Source: Phoronis australis
Taxonomy: Eukaryota > Animalia > Phoronida
Length of the DNA stretch: 64,000 nucleotides
Reading direction: 5' to 3'
Assembly (NCBI GenBank): GCA_002633005.1
Contig: NMRA01000016.1
Location: 1,401,860-1,465,859, forward strand
Shown: piece by piece, positions 36,425 through 48,930 of the stretch
Layout: every line of letters begins with the position of its first letter
How positions within the stretch are numbered: the stretch's first letter is position 1
The notes under the pieces: model-generated
Seen by the model: the letters and a program-made list of their open reading frames with translations, nothing else
Told to the model about the DNA's origin: nothing
The model's database searches: none
Translations under genes and position numbers: made by a program

Positions 36425-38539
36425 AGGGGGTGCATATGAATGTATATATATATTATTACTGTTTTCTTTTATTTCTATAATAATAATTCACTTGTGCAAT
36501 GTTTATTTTTTGCCCAGATATAATGTTAATTCGATTTCTGAGCAGTAATGTCTGTAATATTTAGCTATACATGTGAAATAAAATTTTAAAAATGAAAAGC
36601 TTACCTTGTAAAAGAATCCAATTCAATAGTGTGTACTTGCCAATACCTCAGTTCCACTCTCTGAAAATTTTCCCGCCACCCAACCACACCTTCAAAATGT
36701 CGCGATTTTTGACACGGCGAAACTGACATAATATAATGTGCTATTGTGATTTGAAACACGTTGGATTTAAAGAAAAAAACCAGGAAAACGGGACGTTTCA
36801 TGGGGTTTTTTGCGGCTTCCCGTTGGACTCAAAAAACAAAAAAACAACATCGAGCGCTTTTAGGTGTCACGTCTCCCGTTCAACAAAACGGTGTGGAGAC
36901 GTTTTTATGTGTTGCGGCGAACATAGGCCCAGATGTCTAGCTCTTTATCCGGATGTCCAACTTTTCAATCTAGTTGCCCCGTTTTTTCATTTTCAGAATG
37001 ATGCTGGCAACTATTCAACAGGTGCTCAAAATAACATTGTCCGTTTACTATGAATATTGTTATTTTCCACAGTCTATTTTCTTTATAGAAACAAAGCAAT
37101 CATAAAAAAGTGTTCCAAGGTCTCTTGCTTACGGTAAGACACACTACTTTTTATTTTCTGAAGAAATGAGTTTATTTCTTAATTTCTTATGTAAAGTCCT
37201 ACGGTGCAACCGGAGGAAGCTCATCTGAGCGGCCTACGTGTTCCAGACCGCCTGCAATTATTTTTATGTACAGTGCAATCAATGTAATACGTATATTTCA
37301 ATTATAGATGTTTGCCCTTGTTTTATTACCAGAAAACTCTTATCTGCAAATTTTAAATAGTTAGTTGGATTAATTAATTTACCACGCTTTTTGCAGATGT
37401 GACTGCATCCTGACTTTTTATTGAGAAATGTAATTGTATTAAACGGTATCAAAGGTCCAATCAATACATAAAAACGCATAATTTTGGATGAATGCCTGAC
37501 TAAATTTTTCACAGGAATTGTGGGGGATCTATTTATGTGCTGGTTTAATAGTCATTTATATAACCTCTCTGGTTCAATTCCTTTTTTGTTACTATTACAT
37601 TATCAGTTAATGAACATTACAGATTAATCAGTTGACTAATTAGTGAATTAATCAGCTAATTAGCACGTGAAATGTTTCATATTTCACTCTGTCTTTTTTG
37701 CATTTCAGTAACACTCTTGGATTTCCGAATTAAAAACATATTTTTTAAACCTTTGAGGTATGCAAAATGATATCTATTCATTAAGTAAATTATTTATCTT
37801 TTGTTTGTATAGTACCATCAAGAGCTCATGAAGGACTTTCCAATGATAAGACTCTGATGTAGCTCTTCTGAAAAACGGCGAAGTTCAGAAAAGTTTTACT
37901 GACAATAAAAAGAAGATGACATTTTCCTCATTGGCCTAGTATTAAAATGCATTGTTATCACTTGACTTAGCCTGGGTATACGATTTTGGTATATCGTACT
38001 TAAGGGGCTCAGGTGGTGCTTGATCACACTGTGGACATATTACAGGAAATTGTAAACCTTCAAAATTATTGTAATGCGGCGGTAGCACCGACGGCCGGCT
38101 TCCTGAATCGCAAGCAGATGATACCCCGTTTGACAATCTTTGGAGCCGTTAAACCGCAAAGTATTAAAAAAATATAGGCCTACCGGTTTCAGTGTTGTTT
38201 TCCGACAGTTCTTAACTTTGAAACATTCCATCGTAAGCTCTATGTTTCATATCAAGAAACAACATTGGAACAAACGGAAGCAAACGTTTCCTACGCATCA
38301 ACGCCAGTCGCGCGAGATCGAAGTTGGCATAAGAAATTTATCGTCTTTGTTGACATTTTAGAGTTTTACCGCTATCGAATAAATGTTCAGTGACATCTGG
38401 TGGTGTGCGAGCTTCAACACTCAGTGCCATCTATTGATAAAACTTTGTGTGTGGCGAGCGCAGACGACTCCAGCAGAAAGTGTACTCACTTTCCGCAGAC
38501 ATTAGTTAGGTCTCATCGTATTGTAAATCATGCTGTATC

Positions 38540-38752
38540 ATGTCGGTGATTCTTCCACAATATTTAGCAGCTGTTTTGCTGTATTTACGAGACCCTAAAC
38601 GCTTCACTGTTCGTGCTTTCGAGGCAGATAATGACCGTGAAATCCCGATTCGTTCTTCGCCGGACATCGTCCTGGAACCTCAGCGTGCAGTCGCAGAAGA
38701 AGATGAGACTTGTAAGCCCTTCGACCGGCAATTCATGTCCAAGGATGTCCAG
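38540..38752 (+). CDS. Candidate first exon of an unidentified gene whose long first intron runs toward the window end
   Basis: CpG-rich segment with donor-like sites CAG/gtttgt (38752) and CTT/gtaagc (38711). Two frames are open: MSVILPQ...MSKDVQ from 38540 and MTVKSRFVLRRTSSWNLS... from 38631. Product not recognised. Confidence 0.35.
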
Positions 38753-41700
38753 GTTTGTGCAGTTCCAAAGATTCAGTTGTGCTACCAATTAATTAAGCGT
38801 CTGCCGTGTGTAAGACAAGTACTAAATCAATAGTTCACGCAAAGTGAACAGATAAACACGCTGGTGTTCAGTTTACGGCGTCTACTGCTAGGCTTGTACA
38901 GTTGTAGTTATAGTTATGTCGTGAGCGCTCAGTTACAGTGCGGCAGATGACTGGACTCGGTCAAACTGTTCAGTGGTACCTGCTGAAATGTTATTACATA
39001 ACTGGGAAAATCATAAATTTCAACTGGAATCCCAAGTATAAACACGTGTCCAATACCACTATGCATCAATTAAAACATATTCTCAAAGTTGGGACCCTCT
39101 GGCTGCATAACTGGGAAAACGTTGTGGTAGTCTGAAGGATAGGCCTACAGCACACCTGCGTGGGACAGTGGAAATATTCTGAGCACACCACAGGTTTGAT
39201 GACATGTGATTTCATGCCTGCACACTGTGAGTTAATGGCGTTGAGTATGTCTCATTCTTTTGATGCACTTAAAGCTAAGTTTATAATCCAAGGGCCTAAA
39301 GTTGCATCACAGTCATTTTGCATCGTGGTATGTAGAGTCCTCTAATGTCAGATACGATTGGTATCGGCCATTAGAAACTCAGCCTGTCTCTCGGCACCGT
39401 GTATTAGTGTCGTCAATAGTACAAGAGCCGCTATCACCAGAAAGCCTGTTTCTTTATCAGGAACAGTCATTTGAGGTCATTTTGTGTGGAGCGAAGCGCA
39501 TTAGTGATGACTTCATGGCAGGAAATATTAGCTAAAATAAACTGTTATATTGTGGATTATTGGTGATTTTTTGCACTGTTTGGCTTCTGGAATTGAATTT
39601 CTTCGTTATGTTAGAATATCCTTTATGTTAGGATAATTTTTAGCCAATAAAAATAGATGTGTGTGTGTTTGTGCTTTGCAGAAGTGATTCTAACCTTGAG
39701 GGCCACTGGATGTGAATTTTTGGGCCTGATGAGAGGCTAATTTTGTGTGATCATTGAATATTTTTCATAGTGGCCAATGAGTCCAATATTCTTCCCCAAA
39801 ATTGAAGCCTTTATGGCACTGGCTTGTAGGGGCCATAAGTTTGGTTTGGCAGTCATAGGTTTTAGGTAGTGTGGGGAGAGTTGTGTGAGCTTGCCATAAC
39901 CATTCCTTGATAGCCTGCTTTAGAGGATAGTGAGCCAGACATTCTGAAACCAGCATGGTGGTGGCAAATGGCGAATTGACAGTTCTCTGATTAGCGTTGT
40001 TATAGGAAGAATCTGTTTATCATTAATTCCTGACCTTTGTCATTTTCGAGTTCTGGAAAATGTGAAATAGGGCAAGTCAGTTGTGTAACCTAGGAAAAGT
40101 CAAACTGCTTAAGCTTAAATTTCAACCAAGCTCACTGATGTGAAACAAAGTCAAATCCTTGGATCTGGGATTACAGTAACGTCAAGGTAACGTATTCGCA
40201 TGTCAATGATTTTAGGTTTAAACAAGAACAAGGCCTATTAGTGTATATACCAGTACTGGCAGAATCTGATTATTAAGCAATCTGGTCAAAATGACTTAGT
40301 GTAATGCTGTATGAAATTTGTTTCTACACAGGTTTTTTCAGTAACCAGAGGTTTCAATCCAGGTACCTGTATCGCTATGGCAGTTTTCACTTCACAAACT
40401 ATAGTGTACTACGGTACTAGTCACTATTGGTCGGAATGAACGGCACGTTCAGCTACTGTTGTTGAACTGCTGACCTTTCAACTCTTCTGATGTCATTCAC
40501 TGTTCCCACTTGCGCATATCTTTTTATTCCAGACAACTACAATTTAAAGATGTATTTGCATGCTCCTAACTAATGTATAGCAGGAAGTAAATGGCAATGC
40601 TATTTTAACATAATCTACGCAAAACGAAGTGAAATTATATTCATAAACAACTTGTAAATGTGAAAACAAAAAATTCTGAAAATAGGTGGCCTTTGCACTA
40701 ATGCCGTACTTTGTGGGCTCAAAACTTGTTTTTAATTCACATGGTGACTATGTGATGTTTTTCTAAACAATTTGGCTAGGCAGTTTCATAGATGAGGAAT
40801 TTGCCTGCAAGTTGCACTTTAAACTATAGTTAGTGAGCCGAAAACCGCATGTAAAAATTTTACAACCTTTTTCGGTCATAAGTCCAATTTACACCCATCA
40901 TAACTTAGGCTTCGAAAAAGTCGTAAATTTTAGTCAAACTTATCACTGATTCCAAAGGCCTTCTTGGAAACTATTCACTGTTTATGTGAGTCCTCAATGA
41001 ATGTAAACAATGTAAGATGACACAAATAAGCTGTTTATTTATTGTTTAGTTTATTTAAAACATTTTACTTCATTGTATTGTAACACCACCAACATGATGA
41101 CTCTTTTCCCACTTTGCCTTGGTTGGCTGAGCTGACTGTGCACTGCTGGCAGATATGTCTCGCGAATCAGACATTGCTAGTGAGAACATTTTGGATGAAT
41201 ATGCGCGGTGTGTGAATGAAACAACTTTATATTCCGACAACAAGGTTAAGATGAACACAGACCCCAGACTATGTTCGGAGCTGGGCTCGATTCGGCAACC
41301 TATAGTTTGTCTATGTGACCTCAGATTTTGTTTGTTGGTGCCACGAGGTCACCACAAACTCGACAGGAGTCGGATTTTTTCTGGAAGAGGCCATCCACGA
41401 TTAATGCATACGAAACAGACTCTGACCATGTGCCTTTTCCTGAGGTATGAGTGGAGCTTCAGTTGGATATTGGGTCACAGAGAAAATTGATCGTCACCGA
41501 GTTGGTCGTTGCTGAAAAGTTGATGTGATCCTAATATTCCTTTAAACTGGAAAAGCCCAGATGATGTGGTGCGATCCGGTCCATTTGCCTCAATTTTACA
41601 ATTCAGATATTCTTTTGTTTCATTTTCTACTATTGCCAACTATACATGATTTGTGGAGGGGTGGACATGATGATTTCCTGGTTTTGCCAAACTCACTTCC

Positions 41701-44700
41701 TGTTTGGCAGCCTGTGAATTTTGCCAGTGCGTTGCTTTTGGCGAGTTGACATTTATGAAGGCGTCGAGCCCTGGTGATCTGTTATCGAAAAATGCAATGT
41801 TACTGTCGACCAACACCAGCTACAGTCATTACTAGCTTCTTGTGATATAATAGGTGATCACGTGGCCTATATCCAGCAAGTTTTGGAAATTTCATAATTA
41901 TACTTGGATGAGAATTAAACAATAACATTAATGCAGTCCGAGTATTATTAAAATAGTGAGTTTCTACATTTTGTACATCAAGTTTTGTTACTATGTCATC
42001 TTCCAGTCCGTAGTCACTGTCCTAAGGTGGAACCTTTTTTGGCTCCCTTGTGAATTTGATGTTCTAGTTTCCATTTAGGGAGAGGGGGCTGTTCTTGCCA
42101 TTTTTGATGGCATGGCATATATGTTATGACCAAAAGTCATAGTGGTGCCGGCATGCGATAAATTCGCCGAACTAGTTTCCTGAACAACTCCGAAACTCTG
42201 GATGGGAACAGTAACGCATAAATTCATGGTTAACCATAGTTAAAATTGAAGTTTTAGCAGTAGTGGAGTAAACTGTATGGGAAAGAACCTTGAGGAAACT
42301 AGACAAGGATGTTATCTTGTCAGTCTGGGCCTTAGTCTGTCTGGCAAGGTCTAATTCTAGTATAGGAATTAACTGTGCATTCCTAAGCCTGTTGTGACTT
42401 TTCTATGTCTTCTATTACTGTCTTTTGATGGTGCCTGTCTGATGCCTGCATTTTTGAAACTCTGTTTGCTGCCCAGTGAAAGTGGGGTTTAACTGTCTCT
42501 TGGTGCTGATGACAGCCATTCCACAGAAGACCAGCAAAAGAAATGGCAGGTATGCATCCTAAGAAAGTTGATCTATACAGGAGAGGAAGAAAGCATTCCA
42601 CCTTGGGTTTAGATTATAATGTTTTAAACAGATGATCTAATTATGGTGTGCTCAGCATGCTGCTTTATGCTGATATGATTGTGTTAAACTGTCATAAACT
42701 TGTGATTGTTCTTAGTGGCTAGTGTTAAAAAAACAGTTCTGTTCTCAGTCCTTGTAGTGAGTGTCATTGCTGCTAATACTTAGGGTCAGGTGAATAGCAA
42801 AAATTACCATTTAAAAATGGTAACGTTTAGTCAGAGAAACGTGTTGTCCAGATGTAACTTCCACTAGATGAATTGCAAAAATAGATTTTCAAGCATGTTC
42901 TCTCACTGCAGTATTTGAAAAAAAAAAACGAATGGTCTGCTTCCGGTGGTGTGTCTATTGAAGTAAGTGGTCTGTCTACAAAAGTGTTTGCAAACATCCA
43001 CTAAGTAGGGGTACCACAGGCCACCAGTAAAGCGGCTTTAAAAATGACCTGTGTAAACATTCACAATACTGGCCATTATCTCAATATGCAAAAGTATTAG
43101 CTTGAAAATGCTAATGTTTTAGCCTGTTTGTTACTTCTGCACACAGATGGCATTCTGCTCAGTGTGGTCTCCCCCAACCAATTTTCTTCTTCATATTCAA
43201 TACACATCTACATCACAAATAAATATCCTAGGTAGGTTGATAGGGTTGGATTGGCTAGGAGTCTGGCTATTGTAAAATCCCTCACAATTTAGGACGCAAA
43301 ATGACGGACTGTGGGACCAGTTAAATTTTGTTTTGCCATTTTTCCGTGGAAGGTGTGCAAATCAATGCTTTTCCATGTCAGTTCTAACCAACTACATGTA
43401 CCATCAGACAATGAAGTTTGAAAAATTATGTTTATTCACAATTATTGTTCAAGTAAGGTGCGAATTTCCTGTCATGTTCTAGCGTAGTAATCTTCCTTTC
43501 TGTTAATTCACAAAAACAACTATTTTCACTTGATGGGCATCATTTTTATTGCTCAAATTGACCAATAGGTGGGGTTCTATTTCAAGGCTCTCAAAGCCAA
43601 TGCATATGATCATTCCACAAATCTCGCAGCAAATTAACAGAATAACAGCAATTTTAATCGTAACCAAGTTAATTTATGCGAGAACGGTAAAATCTGCCCA
43701 ATTTCGAACAAAAATAATTGCCAAAATTACCCTTTTTTCGTTTTTCAAGGTCTCGTAAAATTGTGAATGCCCCATTTTTTTTTCAAAATACTTTCTGATG
43801 GTAGCTCTAGCAAAGACTGTGAACACAGTAAAGTATCAATTTATGAAAAAATGAGAAATAGACTTTCACTTGTCTGCCATATTGGGTTCTAAATAGATGA
43901 GACTTGACCGTAAGGCTGTATACATGTTTCAATGACTGTAATTTTGTCCCGGATTTTATTTAGCCTATTTCTCACACACATTGATCCAGAGTTCTATAAG
44001 CGGGCTGTGTTGACACTCATTGAAGACGAACATAGTCGAATATTTAGACAATATGTAGACTGGTTAACTTTGCCCATGTACGTGGATAGTTTCAAGTGCA
44101 AGTGAAAACCCGTTGCTTGTTTATCTAAAACAATCATCATCATGTCAAAAGCATTGTTACCTAAGATACACAGTGGGTGATTGAGGCCAGTCTTCAGACA
44201 GTAATCCGCCGTATTTAGTTTTCTGCATCACGCTGTGGTCCTCAGTGCAAATTCGAAACTCACTACTTTTTACAGAGGTTCTGTAGGCCAGCCAAGGAGT
44301 TCAGGAAATACATCATCATGTTACACAACATTGCTTGAACCACTTAATAGGTATGTCAAACACAATATTTATGTCCAATGATTGATAGTGTCATAGAGTC
44401 ACATTCCCTTGCATGCTCTGATGATCTTTCATAAAAGGCACCGTGGAATTTTTCATGATCAATTAGCTGACACCAGGATTACTCCCAAGTCATTCTATCC
44501 ACTTGTGGCTACAACTGAGATAAATTTTTATGCACCTGGGCGAGCTTGGGCTTGAAAAGAATGTTTACTGTTTAGTTTGATTTTCACACTATAGTGGTGG
44601 TTATGCATGTCAATCAATGCTAGATACTGGTGTGTAAAATGTAGATAGATGTGCCCAAATGAGGTCACATGCCTTATTGGAAAGGTGTGTCATGGATCAT

Positions 44701-46912
44701 TTGGATTCCCTAGGCTTTACCTTAAGGAGAGAAATGAACTAACTGTTGTATGTGTGTATTTTGGCTAATGTTCACCTTTACGCAAACCTGTGTCCAACTG
44801 CCTTGGCCCACTATGCATTGCAAAGAGTGCATCTGGGTTACCACTCATTTCCCCATGTCTCTGTTGGAATTTTGAAAATGTGTAAAATACTTCAGTAAGT
44901 GTGAAGAGCTAAGTTTAAAGACACTTTCCATTATTTTTACCAATTTTGAACGTAGAAAGCGTTTCATCAGCAGCTAGACACATGGTAACATTTCCTCATA
45001 TGCTTCATATGCTCACTATACCATAAATAAAATAGGAATATTTTACAATTTACAGAAAGTGGAAGTTCAGTGCTGTACACTTGTGGCGGCCATTTTGTTG
45101 GTGCACCACCAGACATTCCAAAATTATTTTAAAAATTCTGCATTTAATTCTGACTAGATCAAAAATATTTTATTAGGCCTACCTGTTGAAATAGCGGGAT
45201 TTCTTTAGAAGTTTAATTAGAACAGTTTGCATTCTATTTTCCTTAAAAAAAGCAGAAAGCGCATCTTCAAAAACATTATATGAGTGAAACTTGGGCTTTT
45301 TGTTACAAAAGGGTAGATGTTGATGTGCTTTCAGTTTTAGCTCACATTATTTGAGAAGTTCTAAGAATGGCTTTAGAACAATAAAGCATAGACACTGGAT
45401 ATAAGTCGAATGGTCACAAATATGCACTTGTACCTACCAGTTCAACACCTGTCTTGTTTGTCACCTCATCTGGAAAATTACCAGGGCATAGAAATTGTGC
45501 AGTAATTTGATATATTTAGTTATTACCCTGAAACTAGGTACAGAAATTATTAGGTAGATTATTATTCAACCAAGGTCTTTCTTTTATTATTCCCCCCTCC
45601 CCGTCAATTGAATGTGTGTGTGCGTGGATGAGTGGACTGCAATAAATATAAAACAGTTTTAGGTTTTTCAACAGATTGTCATCAAACTTCTTTACATTCA
45701 AAAACAAGAATTTCTGTTATTTACAAAAAATTGATAACAGCTGCAGCTGGAATGTCAAACAACATTTTCATTGATAATTTCAGGGTCATCATTTTTGTCG
45801 TGGAATCTTATATCTACATTTGATATTTCTCAGTTTGTGGGTTTCATGGCATCGTTTTGCCAAACTTTGTTGTTTTATCATAACCTGCTGTGCACATTCT
45901 TGTCATCAAAAGTGTTATGAAAATTTAGTGCTAAGCAATTTTGGGGGTATTTATTTTAGACAAAAAATCAAAATATATAGTCGAAATAATTTACTTTTGT
46001 GAGCATTGCTTATTAGATTCTGGACTGAGTTATGAATGTTGATGAATGGAAACCAAAGTAATCTGATAGTGCAACATTGTCCTATCTTTTTCTATCAGCA
46101 TGTTGAAATGTGACCTTTAAAACATTTGTTACTTTGTATCGTAAACTAGTTCTGCTTTGTATCCAATAGGTGGCATTGACAGGTCTCACATAGAGTGCAC
46201 ATTATTGTTTACTATACCTAAAAGAGCTATGGAAATCTTCCTTGTATAAATCTAGGATGTCGGTATAGTCTGCTCATGGAACAAAGTCTTAATACCTTCA
46301 GAAATCGGGGAGCATTGTTATTAATACAGGTTGAGTTAGGTTATACAAAATTGGGGTAAAACTGTAGAAATATTACCCACTGAGTATGTTTGGTTATTGC
46401 CATGACGTTAAAATACCCTTGTTGCTAGGTCAGTAGGCATTCTATATGCCCTGCTGTTTTGCTGAGATTTAGGATACAATATTCAATAAATTATTAATTT
46501 TTTTCACTAAAGATATATTACACCAGTTGTAGGCTTAACTGTTTCCATGCTCTATTTTGTAACATTCGTGCCTACATACAACATTTGGAAAATTGTTTCC
46601 ATTCACAATGTGAGAAGACCCTGAAAAGGAACAAGTGATAATTTTAATAATTTTGTCCAAAAATGGTGAGATTTTACGGTAAATCACTCTGACTTCATTA
46701 TGGCACTGGGATATTCACACAATGAAACTCATGACTTCTTGAGGGCAGAGTTGGCATGTTGAAAGTCATAAATATAGGCGTTTCTGTGTTACAATTGAAA
46801 GGTTGGTCTTCTGTCAGCTATTTTTGGCTCAGTTCTTGGTTTGGCTGACAAAATCTGTTCAAAATGACCCTGTTGCCAATCTCTGTGTGATATCTGGAAT
46901 CTCTTGGCAAAG

Positions 46913-47297
46913 CATGGTTGCTGCAGTCTTGAAAGCCCGTGGCTTTGAATCGTCCTTGAAATTAATTATGACCTTGAAATGCCCTTGGATTTCTGTTTTT
47001 AACCGTGAAAATATTCGAAAAACAAATCAGTATGGTATTTTAAATTTTCATTGTTGCAAAAACATTTTAAAAAATCAGGAATGGAAATTGTTAATCTGGT
47101 TATACATTATACATGCATAATATCCGGTTTGCCAATTTGATTCCTTTTTTAAAGATTTTATCAGCTGTGAAATAGGAGTTGGGGTTATTGGACACAGAGT
47201 TGTAATAAACTGGCCTTGGGTTTGTTTACCCTGAACTACCCTGAGAAGCCCTTGAATAGTTCGTGAATTTTTTTGTCAAAGTTCTGCACGAACCATG
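46913..47297. mobile_element. TIR element with CATG termini and 5-bp TSD
   Basis: CAAAG-CATGGTTGCTGCAG ... CTGCACGAACCATG-CAAAG (12/14 TIR match); internal CCTTGAA subterminal repeats. Confidence 0.65.
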
Positions 47298-48731
47298 CAA
47301 AGACAAACCAGTCACTGAGTTTTTAAAAAAATACCTGTGTCAGTGATTTGGCTAAAGGTGTGTTGTCATTACTAGTGTCGATTTGGCCACCTGCAGCTGA
47401 CCTGTATGTGACCTCACATTTTGTTTGACGATCTGATAAATTTCCCAAGTCACCAGAAAGTTGCTGCAGTTGTGGACAAATCCTATCACACTCTCAAAAT
47501 ACAAAAGGAAGTAAACAGGTGGGAGTCGGAATGGTCTGGCAAGAACTCTTATGGCCATTTATGATGCATGCCTAGACCTGTCCTGATCATCTACCTTTCC
47601 CTTAGGAGTGGGCCGAGTGTGGGCGGGATGTTGGGCCTGAGGGGGACCTGGCTGTCACTGAGCAGATGATATAACCCCAACTTTGTAGTCGCCTAAAAAC
47701 AACACCTGGGTATTTTTGTGTGTTCCGAGATGAACATTTGCTCTTTCACCTTGATTTTCAGTTCAGATTGTCTTTCATTTTGAGCCAAGCATTCTTTATG
47801 GCTTCTAAGACTCACTCGCACCTCTGCATGAAGGTTTCCATGTTTTTCTGACCAGTCACCTCATTTCAAATGCGACTTGAGAAAGGAGAAATTGCATGTT
47901 GGAAAAATACGAACCATAATTCCAGGACCGACCTACCATGACAGTGTCATCAAAATTGTTGAAGATTCAAAATTCAATGAATTTTAAGCACAGGACTCCT
48001 CCATTTGTTTGCTGTTTGAATTTTACGGCAACTCAAACATTGAAAAAACATCCTATCAAAAACTTCTGTGAACTACAACCGGGGGAATAGTACAGTTCAG
48101 CTTTCAATAAAAAATCACTTGGCTTGTGTTTTTTTTATAGTCAGGAATTAGTTTTGCATGAAATAAAAAATCTTGAAATAGTTTGACTTCAGGCTGATAG
48201 TGAGTGATGTTCATTATCAGAGGTATTGAATTTCCTCCTTTTTTCATGGAAATGCAAAATGCTCTTCCCATATATGGAAATATAGGTTACATCACAAGAT
48301 GCCAGTGACCCTGACTACAACCTGTTCAGTAGAGCGCGTACACGCCTAAAGGGAGCGCGTGCATGCACCTAATAGTGATAGCTAATGCTATGGGACGACA
48401 GGGCACGCCTTCTATGAAACGACAACACGCTCTCACTTCTATTCCAAATTGGTGTCTAACAGTTGTCAACAACATGCATGAACTATCATTTTCATTGAAA
48501 TCAAGATATTGAAATTCGAAACTTTGATAAGTAGGAATAGAACCATATGTGAAACTGCTTCTGAGGTGTACCATTGTGAGCACTCTTCTACTTTTAGCTG
48601 TTCAGGGAGCGCCCCCGCTTTTGCAGTGCTCACAGGAGCCCTCTGTAATGAACATGAACACGCTTCACAGTCAATTATGCGATTGTTGGCGTAATTTATG
48701 GAATTATCCACACACAGTGAAATGAATGACA

Positions 48732-48930
48732 ATAGACCTTATTCACTCAGTCGTCATTTTAAAAAGAGTCACTTTTAGGTTTAAAAAAACAATGAAATTC
48801 AAACTTAAATATAACGAGGCATGCGAAAATATCACATTTTGTGCTGTGATTAAGTGCAGAATGCAATTTGTTGTAAAAACCTAAAAAGAGCCGCTTAATG
48901 TAAAAGGACAACTGTGTGAATAAGGTCTAT
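48732..48930. mobile_element. Small palindromic MITE
   Basis: Perfect 15-bp inverted ends: ATAGACCTTATTCAC ... GTGAATAAGGTCTAT. Confidence 0.7.

Noticed and set aside
41070-41830. Minus-strand CxxC...CxxC fragment (VRVCFVC...SCRVCG)
   Set aside because: Interrupted by stops; likely a decayed transposon ORF, not identifiable by eye.
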